Shown one piece after another: positions 37,096 through 49,790 of a stretch of DNA of 64,000 nucleotides. Source of the stretch: Mytilus trossulus (lineage: Eukaryota); contig NC_086386.1 in assembly GCF_036588685.1 (NCBI RefSeq), positions 43,710,001 through 43,774,000 of the forward strand. Direction: 5' to 3'. The notes under the pieces are model-generated. The model made no database searches and was not told the DNA's origin. It saw only the letters and a list, made by a program, of their open reading frames with translations. Both the position numbers and the translations under genes were made by a program. Position 1 is the first letter of the stretch. The number at the start of each line of letters is the position of its first letter.

Positions 37096-37252
37096 CAGGC
37101 CCGAAGCCAGGAATTTCCAAGGGGGGGTTGTTGGACTCACAAACTCGACTTTAACAGTCACAATTCGAACAGTACATTGACTTTAACAGTGCTTATTTGT
37201 TTTCAAGGGGGGTTCAGACGCCCCCCCCCCTCCCCTCCTGGCTACGGGTATG
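37096..37252. mobile_element. Small MITE with 5-bp TSD
   Basis: ACCCA-CAGGCCCGAAGCCAGGA ... TCCTGGCTACGGGTATG-ACCCA. Confidence 0.75.
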
Positions 37253-37386
37253 ACCCACCTGTTAATAATTTTTCCTTATTATTGAGTCAGTATTTTGCAT
37301 AAAGGAGCCAAATAAACCATTGATGATCCTTTTAGCATTTAGTTAATTCTTGAAGTGAAATTATTTTTACTTTTTACTTTCAACAG

Positions 37387-37494
37387 ATTAAAGATCTTGT
37401 TGAAGCTCATGACCGACCACCTCAACTTGGGTTACAGACTGCCAAAAATGTGGCATTGGCCAGGACCCTTGTAGCAGAGGGAAAAGTAACGTGA
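37387..37494 (+). CDS. Naam: Nicotinamidase last coding exon (IKDLVEAHDRPPQLGLQTAKNVALARTLVAEGKVT*)
   Basis: Strong polypyrimidine acceptor caacAG, phase 0, DRPxxLG C-terminal motif, TGA at 37492-37494. Confidence 0.85.
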   Translation: MKDLVEAHDRPPQLGLQTAKNVALARTLVAEGKVT

Positions 37495-37969
37495 CCAGAC
37501 CTTCAATGTGTATTCTAGTCAACAGAAATGGATTAAAGTCATATGTGTGTCACATGACCATCACATGACAAGTCATGAGACAGACTGTTTGTTGTTAAGT
37601 TAAATTATTCATTGTATATGTATTATGAGATGCACAAAGTTTAAAAATATACATTTCTATTTAAAGACATTATAACAAGTGTATTCCAATGCTATTTTAT
37701 ATATTTTCAGTAACTATCCTCTGACAATTTTTAAGTTTTTGTTTAAATCTGAAAATTCTACTGTAAATATATTGTACTGCTAAAGGTATGATACAGGCAA
37801 TACATTATTTGTGATATTATAAAGTGATCATTTCTATTCTATATACTCTATGACTTCTAAGTTTTGTACTTAAGCTTACTACTAACATTATAAGGTTTAT
37901 TTGTTCTATAAGTATATATATTATGGATTTTGTCAATTACATATACTTATCTGAAGTAGTATATAATTG

Positions 37970-38110
37970 TTTAGGGGTCAGCTGAAGGACCCCTCCGGGT
38001 GCGGGAATTTCTCACTACATTGAAGATCTGTTGGTGACCTTCTGCTGTTGTTTTTTTCTGGTCGGGTTGTTATCTCTTTGACACATTCCCCATTTCCATT
38101 CTCAATTTTA
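37970..38110 (+). repeat. Short high-copy dispersed repeat
   Basis: Related copies at ~10900-11030 (+), 26550-26680 (-) and 47370-47500 (-). Confidence 0.7.
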
Positions 38111-38237
38111 TTATCAAATATCATTGATGTATTCTGGACATTAAAAAAAACTGCCACTCATGGGATTGTATGTATATATATATAAGATGGTTTCATATCC
38201 TGTCAAACAAATTAATTTGTTTTGTTATATCTGCTAT

Positions 38238-38697
38238 TTTCATGCCCCACCTACGATAGTAGAGGGGCATTATGTTTTCTAGTCTGTGCCTCCGTTTGTC
38301 CGTCTGTCCGTCCGTCCCGGTTCACGTTAAAGTTTTTGGTCAAGGTAGTTTTTGATGCAGTTGAAGTCCAATCAATTTGAAACTTAGTACACATGTTCCT
38401 TATGATATGATCTTTCTAATTTTAATGTCAAATTGTTTTTACCAAATTTCAAGGTCCACTGAATATAGAAAATGATAGTGCAAAGTCAGGTTAAAGTTTT
38501 GGTTAAAGTTTTTGGTCAAGGTAGTTTTTGATGAAGTTGAAGTCACATCAACTTGAAACTTAGTACACATGTTCCTTATGATATGATCTTTTTAATTTTA
38601 ATGCCAAATTAAAGTTTTGACCCCAATTTCACGGTCCACTAAACATGGAATATGATAGTGCGAGTGGGGCATCCTTGTACTATAGACACATTTTTGT
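38238..38697 (+). mobile_element. Short HINE-like element (second family)
   Basis: ATGCCCCAC subTIR + GGGGCAT IR, (GTCC)n microsatellite, two ~176-bp central repeats, 3' GTGGGGCAT plus hairpin. Confidence 0.8.
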
Positions 38698-39145
38698 ATT
38701 ATTTATTTTGAAGAAAAAATATCAGTAGAACATCAAGTTTCTACTGTCTCCATATTAAACAAACAATTTCAAGATGATAACTTGTGGTTGCTTTGGGGAC
38801 TTTTTAACCTTGCAACATAACTATCTTCCATTAAATGTCAGGTCCAGATCTAGTTTTCACTGTTTTCACTATTGACATTCAAAAGTAATGCCTCTTACAT
38901 AGATCCATTGATACAGAACGCCAGTACTATAAGATGTTATTTTAAAAAATAACTATCCCACCGAAGGTTCATTTTCTGTGTATACTTTGTCTACCTCCGA
39001 CAATAAAAAAGCTGCCCTGATATTGCAAAATCTGCTGATTGTGGTGTTAAACACCAGAAGTCAATCATATAGAGAATAAGGACTAAGTCGTCAACAAGAT
39101 TGTGTGGTCATACAAAAATGCAAATGTGTGTGAAGTAAAATTTAA

Positions 39146-39408
39146 GGTGGTAGCCAACACTTTCACTAAAATTTATTTGGCTCGTTTAATTTACATTAAA
39201 TTTGGTCAAAGTACCCTTGAACAAAAATATAAAAATTTCAAAAATTTTGAACCTACCGTTTTGTCAGAAAAATTTCACTGGTTATATAGTAGTTTGACAA
39301 ACACCAATTTTGATCATTGAGAAGCTTAATATTTCTTTTACAACACAACGTAATTAAAACATTTAGCTGATTTTACAGAGTTATCTCCCTGTAGTGTTAG
39401 GTACCACC
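39146..39408 (-). mobile_element. TTAA-flanked MITE, inverted copy of 21308-21585
   Basis: TTAA-GGTGGTAGCCAACAC...GTGTTAGGTACCACC-TTAA. Confidence 0.85.
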
Positions 39409-40176
39409 TTAAGAACAAAATAATGAAAACTCTTTGTTTGATGCATTTGAAAAGTAACATTGTCTTTGTTCTAAAATGGTTGTTTCTAGATGTCTGTCTG
39501 TATTTCATCTTAAAAATGCATGATCTTTCTGATTCTAATTCTTTTCAGACAATGCTTTAAGAATTCAATCATAGCTAGTTACATTTAGATACTATTTCAT
39601 AATTTATTTATCAAATATTATTAATATACAGAATTTATAATAAAAAACTTGTACGGTGATTGTCATTTTAAAAATTATTGTAGATCTTGAGTGACTGAAA
39701 TCTCATATTTTTTTATAGAGAGTATTTTTACAAAATCCAAACAAAACTCTGTTTAATGGTCTTTGTACAAATACCATATTTCTTTTTATTATTTTACAAA
39801 ATTGCTTTTGTGATACTTAGGTTGTTAATATTAAAAAAAAAAGAGAGTAGCATGCATTTCAGTATAGTAATTTGTTTATATCTTGAAATAGAAATATGTT
39901 TTTTTTATTTCTTTTGTAACTGTCCATATTACACAAAATAAGATTACATACTGTCTCATTTTTTTAAACTTTTCATATACTTTCTGCTATATTTAAGAAC
40001 TACTGTAAAAGGGGGAGTTGAATATTAGATTTTCCAAAGCATTATTTCAATCATTGCATTGTAAAATTTGGAATATTGATCTTATTGGAAATTTTGTTTT
40101 GTATTATAAGATAAAGTTATATTTTTTTTATTTGTGTTTATATTAGTACTGAAAAATGTATTGAAGATTTTTTTCG

Positions 40177-40410
40177 GGGCCTCTTTGAACAAATGGTTTA
40201 AGTTGTTCATCTATAGTGATCACTAACCTGTTTACACTGAGGTTGTGATTTTGAATTCTGCTGGTTGTAAGGTGCCTTCAACTCCAATCTTAATCAACTC
40301 CGATTGCTAATTTTCCTGCCCAAGGCTGATTGTTTTTTCCCGGTACTCAGAATCAAATCATCAGAAAAATACTGGTTGTGCTAAAAATAGTGTTTAACAC
40401 TTACAATCAA
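40177..40410 (+). mobile_element. Degraded tRNA-derived SINE
   Basis: GGGGCCTC start, decayed A/B boxes (TGGTTTAAG; TTTGAATTC), TTTTCCCGGTACTC central motif, AACAC..CAATC tail. Confidence 0.5.
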
Positions 40411-41993
40411 TTTATTATTAATTTTTCAAGGGTTTGAAATTCTATATTTTGTGGAATAATTGTTTCAAAAAGGCTTTGAATGAATCTGGATACCAAGCTA
40501 TATGAAATTTGTATTACCTTGAAGACTTTATTGGTAGCTGAACAATATCAATAGAATCTACATTTTTTTCACACAAATAATGATAAAATCAAATGTTCTC
40601 AATTTAGTTAGAATCTCGATTATATTAAAAGAACCGTCCATGTTCCAAATAGACATTTTTTAAGCTTTAAAGTCACAATAAAGAACCATTATATTTATCT
40701 TTATTGGTTATTTATATATAACGTTTTGACTATTATTTTTACACCATATTGATCTGAAATGTTGTTCAAATGACACCCTAGAGTCACAAACGATAGATTT
40801 GAAGTTGTACACCTGTAGAGGATTTTTTGTTCAAACATTTGTGAAGCTGCATTTACAATACTATTTTTCATTTATACAAATGTATTTATGATTGTTATTT
40901 TATCACATTTTTTTCTGAATTTCTGTGATTTTTTCACTGCATTTCATAAACTTATGGATACTGTAAAATTGCTAAAAGTGCTAAATTGTAGTTGAACAAA
41001 AGTTTACCATTCTTTTGTAAGTTTGTTTTTTCTTATCTGAATATTTGTTAATTTTTGTGGTCACTACAAGGGCAGGTTCCCTGGTTCACATATTGTTGGT
41101 TTCTGTTGTTTTCAAGAAATCACTGCTGAATATCAATATATGCATATACAACATATTTGGTTGTAACAAATATAAGCTCATTAGTAGGTGCACATTTTTT
41201 TCATAAAAGTACATCCATTTTGGATTCTTATTATGGTTTCTGTGTAAAAATGAATTTGGTTTATTTATCTCTTTACTCTGACATCAAAGTCTAAGAAAAA
41301 TATATATTTGGAAAGTTAAGTTCTAAGTTTTCTTATAAGTTTTCACCTTCTAAATTTGCTTCTTGCATATTTATTTAAAAACTGTCCAATAAGTGAAATA
41401 ACATAGGGTTCCAAAAGATGGACAAAAGATACCAAGGGGACAGTCAAACTGGTCATTTGAACTTAATATATTATGTTTTTATTACCACAGCAATAAAATG
41501 AATTTATTATTTGATGGTTGTAAAACTATTGAATAATGCTTTCATGGGTTCTCTAAAATAGAAAGAAAGAAATTGTGTTAAGAAGTTCTGTCAAAAATTG
41601 TTCATACTACAATATTATTCTGCTGATCTTAGAGGTTTTAATCTGTAAACTGTTGAGCTAACTTTCCTTCATAGTTGAAATTCACAGGTTTGATGTGTTG
41701 TAATTATTAATTATAAAAACCTTTGCACATTTGTATTTGGATGATGAAATCCCTTTTGCTGATTTATCTGTGTCCGTGCTGAATGCCATTATGATAGTCA
41801 ACACTAAGCAGTAGATAAAATAGAATAGGCTTCTTCAAACTTTATGGAGTTGCTTTCAAGTAATACAACTGACTTTTGTTCTGTTTTAAGATTTGATTTT
41901 GTTTACTTTTATTACTTTTGATCTACCGGTAGTTGTGTTTTTCTACAGAAGCACATGATATAATAACTGATCTTTAGAAATAACAAGACCATT

Positions 41994-43781
41994 TTTATAC
42001 GACCGCAAATTTTGAAAAAAATTTCGTCGTATATTGCTATCACGTTGGCGTCGTCGTCGTCGTCGTCCGAATACTTTTAGTTTTCGCACTCTAACTTTAG
42101 TAAAAGTGAATAGAAATCTATGAAATTTTAACACAAGGTTTATGACCATAAAAGGAAGGTTGGTATTGATTTTGGGAGTTTTGGTCCCAACATTTTAGGA
42201 ATTAGGGGCCAAAAAGGGCCCAAATAAGCATTTTCTTGGTTTTCGCACTATAACTTTAGTTTAAGTTAATAGAAATCTATGAAATTTTGACACAAGGTTG
42301 ATGACCACAAAAGAAAGGTTGGGATTGATTTTGGGAGTTTTGGTTTTAACAGTTTAGGAATTAGGGGCCAAAAAAGGGCCCAAATAAGCATTATTCTGGG
42401 TTTTCGCACAATAACTTTAGTATAAGTAAATAGAAATCTATGAAATTTAAACACAAGGTTAATGACCATAAAAGGAAAGTTGGTATTGATTTTGGGAGTT
42501 TTGGTCCCAACAGTTTAGGAAAAAGGGGCCCAAAGGGTCCAAAATTAAAGTTTGTTTGATTTCATCAAAATTGAATAATTGGGGTTCTTTGATATGCCGA
42601 ATCTAACTGTGTATGTAGATTCTTAACTTTTGGTCCCGTTTTCAAATTGGTCTACATTAAGGTCCAAAGGGTCCAAAATTAAACTTAGTTTGATTTTAAC
42701 AAAAATTGAATCCTTGGGGTTCTTTGATATGCTGAATCTAAAAATGAACTTAGATTTTTTATTATTGGCCCAGTTTTCAAGTTGGCCCAAATCGGGGTCC
42801 AAAATTAAACTTTTTTGATTTCATAAAAAATTGAATAAATGGGGTTCTTTGATATGCCAAATCTAACTGTGTATGTAGATTCTTCATTTTTGGTCCCGTT
42901 TTCAAATTGGCCTACATTAAGGTCCAAAGAGTCCAAAATTAAACTAAGTTTGATTTTAACAAAAATTAAATTCTTGGGCCTCTTTGATATGCTGAATCTA
43001 AACATGTACTTAGATTTTTGATTATGGGCCCAGTTTTCAAGTTGGTCCAAATCAGGATCTAAAATTATTATATTAAGTATTGTGCAATAGCAAGTCTTTT
43101 CAATTGCACAGTATTGTGCAATGGCAAGAAATATCTAATTTCACAATATTGTGAAATAGCAAATTTTTTTTTGATTAGAGTTATCTTTCTTTGTCCAAAA
43201 TAGTAAGCAAGAAATATCTTATTGCAAGAATTTTTTTAATTGGAGTTATCTTTCTTTGTCCAGAATCAACTTAAATCTTTGTTATATACAATATACAATG
43301 TATATTCACTTTTTACTACCAACTGATAAATTTAAATAATCTTTACCATTCAGTGATAACAAGCAGGTTTTTTTACATCTTAATATTTTATGATGTATTG
43401 AAATGAGTAGTTATTGTTGCAAACTCCATTAGAATATTTTAATTGAGATTAGTTTTGGAATAAGGGAAAGGGGGATGTGATTAAAAAATTGGGTTCAATT
43501 TTTCTCATTTGAAATTTCATAAATAAAATAAAAATTTCTTCAAACATTATTTTGAGAGGATTAATATTGAACAGCATAGTGAATTGCTCTAAGAGAAAAC
43601 AAAAATTTTAAGTTCATTAGAACACATTCATTCTGTGTCAGAAACCTATGCTGTGTCAACTATTTAATCACAATCCAAATTTAGAGCTGAATCCAGCTTG
43701 AATGTTGTGTCCATACTTGCCCCAACCGTTCAGGGTTCAACCTCTGCGGTCGTATAAAGCTACGCCCTGCGAAGCATCTGG
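41994..43781 (+). mobile_element. Complete HINE-like element (third family) with two central arrays
   Basis: subTIR TTTATACGACCGCA / TGCGGTCGTATAAA, (CGT)n microsatellite, ~160-bp units (42111, 42270, 42431) then a ~260-bp dimeric unit, 3' hairpin. Confidence 0.88.
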
Positions 43782-45051
43782 TTGCTTATGTAGTAAGTTT
43801 GCTTACGGTCATTTATAAACAGTCATTGTCTTTAAAAGAAAGGTTATTTAACAGTTTATAGAGGATGAAAAGAAGTAGATACACAATAATTAGCCTATTA
43901 TGCACTTATGTAAAGCTGTTTAAAATATAGTACTGTAGAATGGTTATGGTCTGATTTCATCATCATACAAAATGTAAATTACATACCGACTGATGTTTTA
44001 TGGCCAAAAGATGTGCCATATAGTATATATTTGAAATGTTAAATTGGAAGAAAAATGTGGAAACTTGAGAAAAGTTGGATTAATTATTCAAATATAATAC
44101 GATAATCTGTATTTTTCTCTCTCTGAGTAATAATATTTACAACTGTTTTCTTAAGCTACATACATGTATAATATAACATTGTTGGTACTTAATTTAAACA
44201 AAATTTGTATTGATGTTTCTCACAAATATGTGTATGTTTCACATATTATTTTATAAAAGTTTCATTTTTTGTTTTAAGGTTATACTAATAAATCAATCAT
44301 ATCTAACAACTGTTCTTTTTTAAAATCATTTCCACATACAAAGTAGAGGTTATGTCTATTTGACAATTTCATATGTTGCACATTACTTTCTGGTTGCCTA
44401 GATAACACCTTATTTCTGTGAATTACATTGGTTGGGGTAAAGATTGCAATCAAAATCTTATGTGGCTTACTTGATAATTACAAATTTTTCAAACTTTATC
44501 ATTATTTTTGAGGTATACAAAATATATATTATTGCTTATAACATTCTATACATTATCTCCAAGAACATTTACAGAATTTATCAATAAACTATATGCTCAG
44601 GAGTCGATTTCACACACACAAAAATTTACAACTAAGATTGATTGTGTGTGCTTGTGGTTTTTACCACAGGGTTGTGTATGCATCTAGTGCAGTGGTAGAA
44701 TCAATGCTCTATCACTGCCGCTGGCTAACTCACTTGTAGGTGGAAAGAAAGTCGAGTGTGTAAATCTTTCCTGCCAGTACAAAGCCTCTGCACTATCCAA
44801 GACTTCTACAGTGCCTCCTGGCGACAGCACACGGTAACTAGGTTTTATTATCCTAGGCGTCATCTGTAGAGGATCTCGGAGCAGCAAGGACCCACCGGCG
44901 TGTGGACACGCCCTAGCACTCATCATCCTTTCACCAGCTATGGGTCAAATAGTAATACTGCCTTGTGATTGGATTCTTGAGCTATGGGAGTAAATTCAGA
45001 CAGAAAATCCGGGTAGAGTCATTTCCTCCTCCCTCAGATACTATTTAATGG

Positions 45052-46210
45052 TCAATTTAGAGCACCACCGTCATGTTTTGTCATGAAAGGGTAACACACT
45101 TTTTGTAATTCTTTCAATTTGTCCTCATATTCTTATTTCTCTGCCAGAGGATTATTATCCAACCAATTTCGTGACTCTTCACAAGGCTGTTTAGCACTAA
45201 CTATGTAGTGTTTCAGTTGATTTCTTGCTGTGAAACGCTGTGTTTGCTTTTCATCTTCTTCTTTATATTTCTTTGCATTGGAAACCATTCGTTCAATTTC
45301 CTCTATAGCGAGCCCTACACTGTCACTTATCACAGTGATTTTTGTTAAATTCCCAGTGCTTTCTTTGTAAGCAAAACATCTTAAAGTCCATCAATATCAA
45401 CATCAAATTTTAAAACAATGTTAACTGCACCACGGGGGATGGAGGTAAATCATTAAGATAAAATGTTCTACCAAAATAAGGGTCTGTGGTCATAAATCTG
45501 CCTCCTTCAAACACTTTAATACTAGATAAAGGTTCATCGTTCGAAAATACCTTTGAAACCCTTGCAGGAATCATAGTATGTTGACCATAAATCCAGCTGC
45601 AGTTTCTAATTCAAGGGAAAAAGGAACTACGTCCATTAAAACTATGTCACTATGATAACCTGACAGTAAAGCTGCTTCCAAAGCTGCACCATAAGCAACA
45701 GCTTCATCTGGATGGACGGATGTATTCAGTAATTTCCCATCAAAATAATTATGTAGTATTTTTCGTATTTTTGGTATCCTTGTTGAACCTCAACAAGTAC
45801 AATCTCATTAATAGAACCTTTATCAAGTGTAGTATCTTTTAAAGCTGTTTCAACTGGTTCAAGTGAACGTATAAACAAATATTCACCTATTTTTTTTCAA
45901 ATTTTGATCTAGTTATTTTTGTGACGAAGTCTTTTCCCTCAAACAAAGAATAAATTTCCACACTTACCTCAGTGCTGCTGGACAATGCTAATTTTGCTTT
46001 CTCACAGGCTGATCTCAGTTTTCTGATTGCACGATTATTGCCAGAAATATCCTTTTTATACTTTCTCCAAAATTCATTTACAAAATAATGTGGAGCGAAC
46101 ATCGTACACTAAATCCTCATCTATTAAAAGAATTGAAACGTCGAATGCTCCTGCTCCCAAATCAAATATTAACACGTTTCTTTTGCCTGATAATTTCTTG
46201 TCAAGACCGT
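45052..46210 (-). pseudogene. hsp70: HSP70 pseudogene, lacks the N-terminal ~180 codons, many frameshifts and deletions
   Basis: Fragments [58 protein letters not shown]. Confidence 0.9.
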
Positions 46211-46834
46211 TGAATATGTACACATGAAATATTCAAAACAACACACCCGGCCTTGTAATTCTACTGCATAATTCATACAATGTCACATCTTAACAGAAAT
46301 GCTATACAGTCGTTGCGTTTTGCATGTAATAGTAGCTTATAAAGTTTCATAAATAAACTGATCTATAATTAACATAAAGGTACCACAAAGTCGTTGGTTT
46401 GGGTGAAGTTTCTAAAGTTATATATTCCTTAATTTATTGAAGAGATGGTATGCATTCATTGTGTAATGCAGTTTTACTGAAGTGTCACATTTGTTTCTGG
46501 CTGTACATAATTTTTCGAAAATGTAAACATGGCCAACCCTGTCCTATTCTGTAGGTGTCTGGTCAATGCCAGGAGACTTTTGTTCAGTAGTTGGCGTTTT
46601 TGGCTGTTAATCATATTTATTCTTCGTTAATTGTTTTGTAATAAATGAAGCCTTTTTCTTTAAAAGCTTTGATATTTTAAAAAAGTAATATGAGGTATGG
46701 GTTTTACTAATGTTGATAGCTGCCAAATAGTTGTTAATGTTTATGTCATTTGGTCTCTGGTGCAGAGTTTTGTCATGGACTATCAAAGGACATCTACCTG
46801 TTTACATTTGCACTATGGTCGCAGTATTTGAAAA

Positions 46835-47015
46835 CTATGGATTCATTATCATTCTTCGGATACTAATTTTCGTGGGTTTCGTATGAACAGGTAAAAATAA
46901 CGAATTAAAAAGTTCAACGAAATACTAATTTCTATTAGATTGATAATAGACAAAAAGGGCTAGTTTTCCGCAATTCTCGAAAACTGGTATCCACGAAAAT
47001 AAATGGATCCCACAG
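46835..47015. mobile_element. MITE related to 31372-31587
   Basis: CTATGGATTCATT...AATGGATCCCACAG-TA. Confidence 0.6.
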
Positions 47016-48371
47016 TAGAATATGAAGTTGTTACACCACTAATTTATAATCAACATTATAAACGTCTCGGTGATTTCAACAGATCGCCCTTGTTTTTTTC
47101 AAAACGTACGTATATATAGAAGATATGCATACTGTCATGCAAATTGTTTTTCAAAGTACATGAAGTTTTACAAATACACATAATATAATTGATATATTAT
47201 TATGTCATTACAGTTATTGTGTTACATATATTTCATGAACATTATTTATAGAATACATTTACAAAGGGTATATATCAGTAACTGCAATCTCATAACATGA
47301 TAGAAAGATGAACGAGGAGAGACATAGTTTAATTCGATTTAGCTTTGCCTGTATATTGGGTTAGATTTAATATGAAATTGAGAATGGAAACGGGAAATTT
47401 GTAAAAGAGACAACCAACCGACCAAAGAGAAGAAAATATCGAAGGCCACCAACGGATCTTCAACAACGCAGACAAATCCCACCCCTGGAGGCGGTTAATT
47501 AACAAAGGACTACAAGTTTCTGACACGTCAGATCCAGACCTCAATTAAACTGATTGAAAGATTATGTCTTCATCATATGAAAATCAAGCACATTCCCCTC
47601 CATTTGGGGTTTAGAATCATACAATCATAAAATATGCAAGACGAAATTCATCAACGCAATTTGGTATGTCAAAAATAAAAAAATATTTTCATTCAAATAG
47701 TGACGTTTCAAACACCAATGAAAAAATACGATGAAAATCATAATACTAGTACTTGTTGCAACAATTTCATTATTTAATCGAACATAAAACTTATGGGTCA
47801 ACAAATGACAAATAACAAATGAGGATGAGAAATTATTGTCAGCATTGTGCATATCCATTCTGAAATATGCAAATTGTCTATGGGATTAATTAACATACAT
47901 CTCTGCAATTTGCCTTTATTTTGTCAATTGAGATTAAGTTCAATAGCTTTGATTCTTACAAAGTCCGATAACACAGTTATTTCGTAGTGCAGTTATTTAA
48001 GAAAATAGATTTAGATATAAAAAATCGCACTTGCTCTATCTCAAAAAGATTTTAACAGTGTAGTGTACTAATATTTAGACAAATAATATCAAAAATTATA
48101 AAACAAGACATATATGGACAATTCTATGTTAAGAGGATCTAAAATTCACTTGACAGTTTCAGACATACTGAGTTTTTACATTTTTGACCAAATCACTACT
48201 TAACATAAATATACAGCACCCAATTGTTTTTTATATTGATTTCTGCCCCTTACTTTATATTTCATCCATGAAACATCAAAAATAAATTGGGAGAGTAAAT
48301 GAAAAAAAAATGCAAGTTATACACTGTTTACACTATATAGCTAGGGCCTACGAAAACCAATGGACGATAGT

Positions 48372-49790
48372 TTAGTTTAAACATATTTTATTTGCTGAAT
48401 TAAAGCAAAATGGATTAAACACAAGTAAATCATACCTATCATGAAGTCTTCTCCATAATACAATATTAATTTACAATAATAGTATATATAATGGACATGC
48501 ATATAATTGAAGACAAAGTTTTCAGATAGCCAGTTAAGGTTATGGAAAAAGGTTTTTCTACATAGTGTGTAATTTGGGCAAACGAAGAAGTAATGGTAGA
48601 CATCCTCAATATCGGATCCACAATGGCAAGAAGGATCATTTATAATAATGTTAGCTCTAATAGGTCATTGTTTAAGAATGAAGCGGAACATCGCAATTGC
48701 GTTAAGATAATATTTAAATTTCCTTGGGCAGTACAAATAAAACGTCACAGTTTCAATTTTACATAATAGACTATCGTTTTTTAATTCTTTCTTAAATTCA
48801 GAAATAGAGTCGACACTGCGAATTTTCGGATCAAGTTTATTCCATTCACGTATAGTAGAGGGAATAAACGATTCAGTAGTAAGGGAAAGTCTACAAAATG
48901 GAACAATAATATCATGACCATTTCACAACGGGTAGTTGGTTGTACTTTGTACACAAGGAGGTACAAGATTACATAGATATTCTGGTGCATGCTTTTGGTT
49001 AATGTTATAAAACATCTGTAATTTTCTTCTCCTTCTTCTTTCAAAAAGAGATTCACAGCCAACCTCGGAATATAAAGATTCAGTTTTTGTAAATATTGGT
49101 AGACCTGTTACTATTCTTGCGGCCTCTAATTGCAAATTCTAATTTATGTGAGTAGCCTATTCCACAATTATCCCACACTTCTGAGGCATATTCAGAAATG
49201 GGTCGAATAAAAACTAAGTATAGTTTTTCTAAGTTATTTCGAGATAATCGGTATTTAAGTTTACGTAAAACATTCTATGGGGGTGGGGGGTGGGGGGAGG
49301 TGGAGCTATGGGTTTTTTTTCTGTGCAAAACCTGGAAACCAACTTTTTTTTCCAAAAATAAACCATATAAACCATAGCCCCCCCCCTCCCCTGAAAATCA
49401 AATGGTTGCTGCCTTAGAAATTTTAGTTTATTTCTCACGGATCTTATGTTGAGACTACAAATGAATATAAAATTTTCTTGTGGTTGCGTTTCATTCACCG
49501 ACGGTGCGTTCGATTCATTACGAAAAATTGGGCCTGGATTTGTTTCAATTTTTCCGATAATAAAGAGAAAATGAAGTACGTACAGCAGAAAAATAATGTT
49601 TGATCTTGGATTTATTGTTTGTAAAACAGAGAGATTGAAGATGAGGAGACTTCAACGTAAGTTGATTATAAATATGTCTAGATAGGAAGCTACATGTATT
49701 TGTAAATTGGATGAAGGTCCACATTGGTTTTTTTTCTGTTATTAAATATACCTATAGCAGCCCTGTAATCCTGGACGCAGTTATCCATTA
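48372..49790 (-). mobile_element. Internally deleted CR1-group LINE (ORF2 N-terminus joined to C-terminus and 3' tail)
   Basis: MDNCVQDYRAAIGIFNN start (ATG 49788), GKIETNPGP, ICSLNIRSVRNK (APE start), then QLEAARIVTG..APEYL, CHCG..EDVYHYFFVCPNY zinc knuckle, AATAAAATATGTTTAAACTAAA tail. Confidence 0.85.
49257..49413. mobile_element. Small G/C-tract MITE remnant inside the LINE
   Basis: GGCAGCAACCATTTGATTTTCAGGGG end on the minus strand, opposing poly-G/poly-C tracts, TAA flanks. Confidence 0.5.
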
